Positions 58,457 through 64,000 of a DNA stretch of 64,000 bases are shown here, piece after piece. The DNA is from Desulfomonilia bacterium. GTDB taxonomy: Bacteria > Desulfobacterota > Desulfomonilia > UBA1062. The first letter of the stretch is position 1. Each line of letters starts with the position of its first letter. The stretch covers positions 96,001 through 160,000 of the forward strand of contig JBEKDT010000001.1 of assembly GCA_050014195.1 (NCBI GenBank), written 5' to 3'. Made by a program: the position numbers and the translations under genes. Below the pieces are notes generated by a model. That model saw only the letters and a program-made list of their open reading frames with translations, was not told where the DNA came from and did not search any database.

Positions 58457-59338
58457 GTGATGAATTATTTCTCATACAATACTGATGGTGGGCAACGTAG
58501 GTTCGATGTCCTAATCAAAAAAGGACTAGCTGCAACTAGTGGAGATGAGAAGTTTGGTAAACAACTTGGCAAGCTTAATATAGATGACATTCTTCTCATG
58601 TATGAGGATGGATTAGGAATTGTTGCCATCGGAGAAGTTCAAGAAGAATGGGACGGGAAACCTTATAGTAAACCCATATACTATATTCCCGGTAAAGAGT
58701 TTCCCGAAGGTGCAAATGAATATAGAATAAAGGTCAAATGGTTTCTAAATATCTCTGATTCTCCATTGAGCGTTAAGGAACTAAAAGAGCGTATTGGTTA
58801 CATTCCACGTGGTGCAGTAACACCATTCATTAAATGGAGGTATGAGATTGAAAAAATTATTGCTGAACTTAGAGCTCGCAACCCAGAAACTGTTCAAGAT
58901 GCTATTGATGATCTTGAATCTCATAAAAGAGAGTTTAAGTTACTCGATAAAACTGAGCAAGAGTCAATTATCAAAAGCCGAATTGGCCAAGGGATATTTC
59001 GAGAAGAGCTTATCAAAATCTGGGGTAGCTGTTCTGTAACCGGGCTAACCAATCTTTCTCTGTTGCGGGCTTCTCATATAAAACCATGGCGGGAGTGCTC
59101 TAATCAGGAACGCTTAGATCCGATGAACGGACTTTTACTGCATCCTACTTTGGATCATTTGTTTGATTCTGGATTTGTCACATTTGATGCTGATGGGAAA
59201 ATCCTTATATCAAGGAAGTTATCGGAAAAAGATGTTGAGATCCTGCATATTGACCAAAATAGTTATTTGAGGATAATGCCACGAAGGTTAAAGAACTACA
59301 TGCAGTATCATCGAAAGAATGTTTTTAAACCTGGCTAA
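58457..59338 (+). CDS. Cassette 6: HNH endonuclease with N-terminal PUA/EVE-like domain (type IV restriction-like)
   Basis: RIGQGIFR, CSVTG, ASHIKPW, NGLLL---DHLFD-G. Confidence 0.85.
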   Translation: MMNYFSYNTDGGQRRFDVLIKKGLAATSGDEKFGKQLGKLNIDDILLMYEDGLGIVAIGEVQEEWDGKPYSKPIYYIPGKEFPEGANEYRIKVKWFLNISDSPLSVKELKERIGYIPRGAVTPFIKWRYEIEKIIAELRARNPETVQDAIDDLESHKREFKLLDKTEQESIIKSRIGQGIFREELIKIWGSCSVTGLTNLSLLRASHIKPWRECSNQERLDPMNGLLLHPTLDHLFDSGFVTFDADGKILISRKLSEKDVEILHIDQNSYLRIMPRRLKNYMQYHRKNVFKPG

Positions 59339-59389
59339 CCAGCCACTTCAGCCGACGGGCTACGCCCGCGGCTGACCGGCACGTTGGGC
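59333..59389 (+). repeat. attC 6
   Basis: GGCTAAC...TCAGCCG.CGGGC..GCCCGCGGCTGA...GTTGGGC. Confidence 0.9.
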
Positions 59390-59441
59390 ATAGAATCTGC
59401 GGGGACCACCGTTTCCTCGCTTTTTCAAAGGAGAATTCAAT

Positions 59442-59756
59442 ATGCGTTGGAATCATTACGTCTCTTACTTTTTTGGCGGAGCCTTTCTCACAAATGCGAT
59501 CCCGCATTTTGTGAGCGGCGTTACAGGGCACCCTTTCCAAAGCCCTTTTGCCTCTCCCCCGGGGCAAGGGCTCTCTTCCGCCGTGGTGAATGTGCTTTGG
59601 GGCTCGCTCAACCTTGTTATCGGCTACTTGCTCGTATGCCGCATTGGACAATTTGAGTTGCGTCGGACAAGGCATGTTCTCATTGCGGGATTGGGGGGCC
59701 TACTCATGGCCGTGATGCTTGCGCATGTATTTGGTCGCTTCTATGGGGGGCTCTGA
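59442..59756 (+). CDS. Cassette 7: small membrane protein
   Basis: Three hydrophobic segments; N--PHFVSG--G-PFQSPFA. Confidence 0.75.
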   Translation: MRWNHYVSYFFGGAFLTNAIPHFVSGVTGHPFQSPFASPPGQGLSSAVVNVLWGSLNLVIGYLLVCRIGQFELRRTRHVLIAGLGGLLMAVMLAHVFGRFYGGL

Positions 59757-59773
59757 AATATGGGAAACGATTT

Positions 59774-59836
59774 GCCCAACAATTCATTCCAGCGGACGGG
59801 CCACACGGTGGCCCGCCGCTGAATTTGTCGTTGGGC
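59774..59836 (+). repeat. attC 7
   Basis: GCCCAAC...CAGCGG.CGGGCCAC..GTGGCCCGCCGCTG...GTTGGGC. Confidence 0.92.
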
Positions 59837-59872
59837 ATAATACGTAATTTATGATTCTTAGGGAGAACTATC

Positions 59873-60673
59873 ATGAAAGTTCTAGCGCTCAATGGAAGTC
59901 TTCGGGGTGACAGGGGAGCTACAGGTAAGATTCTTCAGAGTATGGGTGCGGGCGTCGAGAGGGCAGGTGGAATTTGGAATGTGGTTCATCTTTCGGAACT
60001 AAAGATTGAAACTTGCCGCGCATGCAATCACTGTCAGAGAACAAAAACTTATAAATGTATCTTTGACGGTAAAGACGACGCCGAAGAGATCTTCAACAAG
60101 ATGAGGGGTACGGATATTCTGATTTATGCATCTCCCGTTTATGTGTTTGGTGTGTCAAGTCTTCTCAAACGTTTTCTTGAGAGAATTCATTCTCGCGCTC
60201 CTGTTGCGGAGATTCTATTAACGAAATCCGGATTATTCTTTCATGCCACAGATCAATCACTTTCAGGCAAACCTTTCATTTCCATAGTAGTGTGCGACAA
60301 TATTGAAAATCTCACAGTTCGCAATACGAAAGAGTACTTCCGAATTTTTGGACGCTTCATGGACGCGCCACATGTGGCACATATGGAACGTCGGAGTGCG
60401 GCGGCATGGATGGCCGCACTGGAAGGAACCGGCAAACAGGCGAAAAATAATGCAGAGAACGTTCTGGCTGCCTATGTACGCGTGGGAGAGGAATTGGTGT
60501 TAAAAGGAAGCATCTCGAGAAAATCGAAGAAAATTACAGAGCGGCCTTTCATAAAAATTCCACTTCCGGTGCGTATGGGACGGCACATTCCAGCATTCAA
60601 ACCTTTTATTGAAAAGGAAGTTCGCAGACGGTCGAGTAAAATAAGCAGCATGATTGGAGTAAAAGGAGAGTAA
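59873..60673 (+). CDS. Cassette 8: iron-sulfur flavoprotein / NADPH-dependent FMN reductase family
   Basis: LNGSLR--G-T, C--C--C...C cluster, ASPVY. Confidence 0.85.
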   Translation: MKVLALNGSLRGDRGATGKILQSMGAGVERAGGIWNVVHLSELKIETCRACNHCQRTKTYKCIFDGKDDAEEIFNKMRGTDILIYASPVYVFGVSSLLKRFLERIHSRAPVAEILLTKSGLFFHATDQSLSGKPFISIVVCDNIENLTVRNTKEYFRIFGRFMDAPHVAHMERRSAAAWMAALEGTGKQAKNNAENVLAAYVRVGEELVLKGSISRKSKKITERPFIKIPLPVRMGRHIPAFKPFIEKEVRRRSSKISSMIGVKGE

Positions 60674-60698
60674 ATGTGGACGGTTCTACCAGTGGCTG

Positions 60699-60761
60699 GC
60701 CGAACCAGTCAATCTAGCTGACCCGGCGCAAGCGCCGGGCAGTTGATCTCCGCCGTTATGC
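60699..60761 (+). repeat. attC 8
   Basis: GCCGAAC...CCCGGCGC.GCGCCGGG...GTTATGC. Confidence 0.85.
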
Positions 60762-60834
60762 ACCTCCAGTTTCAATATTTCGAGCATTGTTAATAATGAC
60801 AGTTAAGGCTATATTAAATGTGAAATGAGGAAGC

Positions 60835-61116
60835 ATGCTTATTTTTGAGTGGGACCCAGAGAAAGCAAAAAGTAACTTAAAGAATCACAGGGTGTCCTTC
60901 GATGAAGCGAGTACTGTTTTCAGCGATACTATGTCTTTGACAATTCATGATCCTCTCCATTCAGATGAAGAAGATAGATTTGTCATTATCGGGAATTCAT
61001 ACAAGAACCGTCTTGTACTGGTTGTTCATGTCGAGAGGGGCAACAGAATAAGGATTATCAACGCAAGGAAAGCGACAAGGAAGGAAAAGAAACAATATGA
61101 AGAGAATGAAAACTGA
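60835..61116 (+). CDS. brnT: Cassette 9: BrnT family toxin
   Basis: FEWDPEKA-SN--H-VSF-EA-VF-D, EDRF--IG, RIINARKAT. Confidence 0.9.
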   Translation: MLIFEWDPEKAKSNLKNHRVSFDEASTVFSDTMSLTIHDPLHSDEEDRFVIIGNSYKNRLVLVVHVERGNRIRIINARKATRKEKKQYEENEN

Positions 61117-61306
61117 TCCAGAGATGTTGGAAGAATATGATTTCAGCAAAGGTATCAGGGGAAAATATGCACAAAAGTATTCAGAAGGAACAAACGTTGT
61201 TGTAATTGAACCTGATGTTTCAAAGTTTTTCCCTGATCATGATTCTGTAAATCAAGCTCTCAGGTCTTTAGCTGACATCATCAAAGGGCAGAAAAAAACT
61301 GCATAA
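61097..61306 (+). CDS. Cassette 9: cognate antitoxin (BrnA-like)
   Basis: EYDFSKG-RGKYA, PDV---FPD--SVN-ALR; overlaps the toxin gene. Confidence 0.85.
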   Translation: MKRMKTDPEMLEEYDFSKGIRGKYAQKYSEGTNVVVIEPDVSKFFPDHDSVNQALRSLADIIKGQKKTA

Positions 61307-61432
61307 CAAGCCAATGCACCGGACCGCAAACAGCTCGGGGGCATGCTTCCGGCCCTGCTCCGCCTTCAGTCCAGTGGTGCATTCTGGTTTGGTGCTCCGC
61401 TCCGTTTGCGGCAGGTGATCCGCACGTTGGGC
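61301..61432 (+). repeat. attC 9 (long, 132 bp)
   Basis: GCATAAC...CACC.G.CCGCAAAC...GTTTGCGGCAGGTGA...GTTGGGC. Confidence 0.85.
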
Positions 61433-61450
61433 TCAACAGAGGATAATAAC

Positions 61451-61864
61451 ATGCTGAATAGATCTCTTATCATTGTGATATGTTTTTCATTGATTTCTTG
61501 TTCAAACCTTAGAGAAAATGAAAAGATCAATCAAAATAATTATAAAAAAACTGATTCAGACGTGAAGCTTTTAGAGTTGTCAAAAGAGGCGTTAACAACA
61601 TTTCTTAAAAGCCGTCTCACAGCATCTGGATGGACAATAACAGTTAATCCTGACAAAAATATAGTTGAGACTAACTGGTATAGAGAACACAAAGGAGAGG
61701 TTGTTGTAAAATCTGAAATCAGGATTCATGAGGGACTTATCCGTGTAGATGTATGGCAACGTGTTGGATTACTATTTACTTCTGATATTAAGAACGAAAG
61801 AACTAGATATTTTGAGTGGGCTATACAAAAACAAATAGAGAAAACACGTTCACAGTCTCAATAA
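61451..61864 (+). CDS. Cassette 10: putative lipoprotein
   Basis: Lipobox LISC after a hydrophobic signal; start placed after the attC. Confidence 0.7.
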   Translation: MLNRSLIIVICFSLISCSNLRENEKINQNNYKKTDSDVKLLELSKEALTTFLKSRLTASGWTITVNPDKNIVETNWYREHKGEVVVKSEIRIHEGLIRVDVWQRVGLLFTSDIKNERTRYFEWAIQKQIEKTRSQSQ

Positions 61865-61866
61865 AA

Positions 61867-61923
61867 GCCCAACCATGGCATCCCCCGGACGGCTTACAGC
61901 CTCCGCTGATCCGCCCGTTATGC
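61867..61923 (+). repeat. attC 10
   Basis: GCCCAAC...CGGA.GGCT..AGCCTCCG...GTTATGC. Confidence 0.8.
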
Positions 61924-61969
61924 AACGAAAGAAAAAGGCATGTATCAGTAAATGAGGGTGGGGGTCATC

Positions 61970-62491
61970 ATGCAAAAAGAAGAAGATCACTCTGGAGAAT
62001 TGGGCAAAAAATTTGCCGCTGTATGTGGCCTTTACTGTGAGGCGTGCTCATGGTTCATTGCCACCACTGAAGATCCTGAAAGGCTCAAAAGGCTTGCGGC
62101 ACAATTGCATTTTTCGGAGGAAGAGAGCAAGTGCTATGGATGCCGGTCGGACAAGAGGTTGCCTTATTGCGAGAAATGCAAGATGTTCGCTTGCGCAGCT
62201 GAACGAGGTATCGACTTTTGCAGCGAATGTGAAGAGTATCCCTGCGACGACCTAAAACAGTTTCAATCTGCAATGCCTCATCGGATCGAGCTTTGGGCCA
62301 ATCTGGAACGAATCAAGTCTATTGGTTATAAACATTGGCTCAAGGAAATTCGGGAAAACTATGCCTGCCCACGGTGCCACATCATCAATTCCACCTACGA
62401 CTTGAAATGTAGAAAGTGCGGCGAAGAGCCTAGCTGCAATTACGTAGCCAAACACCAGCAGGTAATCGAGGAGTATTTGAAGAGTAGATGA
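61970..62491 (+). CDS. Cassette 11: DUF3795 Cys-rich protein
   Basis: AVCGLYC-AC, CYGC, C--CA--RG-DFC-EC-EYPC. Confidence 0.85.
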   Translation: MQKEEDHSGELGKKFAAVCGLYCEACSWFIATTEDPERLKRLAAQLHFSEEESKCYGCRSDKRLPYCEKCKMFACAAERGIDFCSECEEYPCDDLKQFQSAMPHRIELWANLERIKSIGYKHWLKEIRENYACPRCHIINSTYDLKCRKCGEEPSCNYVAKHQQVIEEYLKSR

Positions 62492-62492
62492 T

Positions 62493-62596
62493 GGGGTCGC
62501 CGGGGTCTCAACATATGACAAATTTGTTGATTGTTGAGACCCTGACCCCGGTGCTTCGCCCGACGTTTTGCCTGCCTGTGATTTGCGACGTTATGT
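62493..62596 (+). repeat. Disrupted attC 11: GGGGTC...GACCCC REP-like hairpin replacing left arm
   Basis: GGGTCTCAACA (62503-62513) / TGTTGAGACCC (62532-62542) inverted repeat. The right core GTTATGT (62590-62596) is retained; the expected GCATAAC is absent. Confidence 0.7.
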
Positions 62597-62612
62597 GAAG
62601 GAGAATAAAAGA

Positions 62613-63032
62613 ATGAGAGATGCGAGCAAAACAATTGGCAATCTGATCGAAAGAGCAAGCGTTTCTATTATCAGTTCCGTTGATGAAGACGGTTTTCCTA
62701 ATTCAAAGGCAATGCTTCCACCGAGGAAAAGGGAAGGCATAAAGCATATCTTCTTCACGACCAATACATCCTCAATGAGAGTAAGGCAATATCTCAATAA
62801 CCCGAAAGCGTGCGTATATTTCTTTGATAATAGATTCTTCAAGGGCATTATGCTGAGGGGCACCATGGAAGTCCTGCATGATAGCGCATCTAAGGAAATG
62901 ATCTGGAAGCATGGCGACGAAATGTATTATCCAAAGGGTGTAACTGATCCCGATTACTGCGTGCTCAGGTTCACTGCTCAAAGTGGAAGGTATTACAGCA
63001 ATTTTAAATCTGAGAATTTTGAAGTTGAGTAG
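62613..63032 (+). CDS. Cassette 12: pyridoxamine 5'-phosphate oxidase-like / general stress protein
   Basis: SSVDEDGFP, FTTNTSS, NPKACVYF, YYPKGVTDPDY-VL-F. Confidence 0.87.
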   Translation: MRDASKTIGNLIERASVSIISSVDEDGFPNSKAMLPPRKREGIKHIFFTTNTSSMRVRQYLNNPKACVYFFDNRFFKGIMLRGTMEVLHDSASKEMIWKHGDEMYYPKGVTDPDYCVLRFTAQSGRYYSNFKSENFEVE

Positions 63033-63046
63033 AGACCCAAGCTATC

Positions 63047-63110
63047 ACATAACCAGCGCATCCAGGCAGACGCGTCGTGTCCGCCGCGCCGCTGATTCGC
63101 AATGTTCGGT
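63047..63110 (+). repeat. attC 12
   Basis: ACATAAC (complements GTTATGT)...CGCG...CGCGCCGCTGA...GTTCGGT. Confidence 0.82.
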
Positions 63111-63244
63111 ACACTTGATTGGATCGTCATCGTGACAAGAGGGTGTTCTTTTGTTGCTGCATATCTGAGCGCTCATAGTTGTTTTCCGTTCGCTGCTTTT
63201 CAGGCGTACGGTCAGCCAATATAGAGAATGCTGGAGGATGAACC

Positions 63245-63538
63245 ATGAACGACAATTTCGAAAAGAGGCTTTGGGCCGCAGCGCTGGCAGGATGGTGGAC
63301 CTTGCTGGTGGCCGCAGGGGTTCTGATGCTTCAGTGGATCGTCTACCTGCTGGTTATGTCCGGACGACCCATGTGGTTTCTTTCCCTCTGGGGGCCTGAT
63401 GTCAGCTGGCATGACGTTCATAACATCTGGTTTCTGGGCTTAGGGTTCTTCAAGGTCTGCTTGCTACTTTTGGCGGTTGTGGTTCTCTGGCTTACCTTGT
63501 GGGCCAGGCGATTACGAAAAGGGGCTGGCAGTTCATGA
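63245..63538 (+). CDS. Cassette 13: small membrane protein
   Basis: GGAGG SD; two TM helices. Confidence 0.7.
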   Translation: MNDNFEKRLWAAALAGWWTLLVAAGVLMLQWIVYLLVMSGRPMWFLSLWGPDVSWHDVHNIWFLGLGFFKVCLLLLAVVVLWLTLWARRLRKGAGSS

Positions 63539-63674
63539 AGTCTTGAATTCGCTCTCGCTCGCTTTTCCACAAACAGTCAGGTCGTCGCTGCGATCGCAAT
63601 TAGAGAGCAAAGGACGGAGTTATCTCGTAAGTGCGCCCAACTAGGGCGTTGGGTCAAAGGAAGGAGATACAAGA

Positions 63675-64000
63675 ATGTTCAGAAGAATAGTGTGTTTTGC
63701 AGTCATTGGACTTGTCCTTGGTACTGCTGCTCTCATGGCTGACGAATCCGATAGGGGGAAGGCTGCAGTTGCTTCAGCTGAAGAATGGCTTGGAATTGTT
63801 GATGAAGGTAACTATATTGAGAGCTGGAAGGAATCGTCTGAATATTTTCAGCAAGCCATCAAACAGGATCAGTGGGAACAAGCAGTTCAGGCGGTACGGA
63901 AGCCCCTCGGCAAATTGGTTTCAAGGAAAGTGATGAGTGCCTCATACAGAACGTCTCTCCCGGGAGCACCCGATGGGCAGTATGTGGTAATCAAATTTAA
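63675..64000 (+). CDS. DUF4019 domain exported protein (3' partial; not in ORF track)
   Basis: MFRRIVCFAVIGLVLGTAALMA signal; A--WL--VD-GNY--SW, R-PLG-LVSR, SLPGAPDGQYVVI. Confidence 0.85.
   Translation, partial: MFRRIVCFAVIGLVLGTAALMADESDRGKAAVASAEEWLGIVDEGNYIESWKESSEYFQQAIKQDQWEQAVQAVRKPLGKLVSRKVMSASYRTSLPGAPDGQYVVIKF

Larger units (their letters stand above)
53459..64000 (+). mobile_element. Integron cassette array without adjacent integrase (continues beyond window)
   Basis: Co-oriented ORFs separated by attC palindromes; each inverse core usually complements the preceding core. Confidence 0.93.

Noticed and set aside
54627-63110. Recurrent CAGCGGACGC...GCCGCTGA palindromes as CRISPR repeats or terminators
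   Set aside because: They are separated by whole genes, vary in sequence and have attC core/inverse-core structure. No cas genes are present.
63697-63933. 78-aa ORF in the track
   Set aside because: It is out of frame with the DUF4019-like gene starting at 63675, which runs off the window.

Overview
The window has three parts. (1) 1-~44.4 kb is the right-hand part of an integrated conjugative element or genomic island. It carries a MOBQ TraA relaxase-helicase (5'-truncated), an SRAP/umuDC mutagenesis cassette and an IncP-like Trb type IV secretion operon with a TrwB/TraD-type coupling protein. AT-rich cargo blocks hold anti-phage-type genes: an AbiGi-like gene, a STAND-NTPase/nuclease, a Shedu-like nuclease, a kinase-helicase-unknown triad, and a type I RM operon stuffed with DUF3800, a nuclease-like gene and GmrSD. 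The island ends in a stack of tRNA 3'-end fragments (att scars) at 43.7-44.4 kb. (2) 44.6-53.0 kb is GC-richer chromosomal backbone: C1 peptidase, a divergent stand-alone carB, gap, GAF protein, M48 peptidase and a ferritin-like protein. The gene content suggests an anaerobic Desulfobacterota-like host (inference). (3) 53.46 kb to the end is an integron cassette array with an attI-like site, 11 intact attC sites and 2 damaged ones, with no adjacent intI. The most striking unexplained signals are a promoter-driven, highly base-paired ~320-nt RNA at 6447-6766, a near-identical copy of the integron attI site just downstream of it inside the ICE in front of the AbiGi-like gene, an antisense structured RNA after the DUF3800 pair, and the kinase-helicase-unknown operon. 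All calls come from motif reading by eye; no databases were searched.
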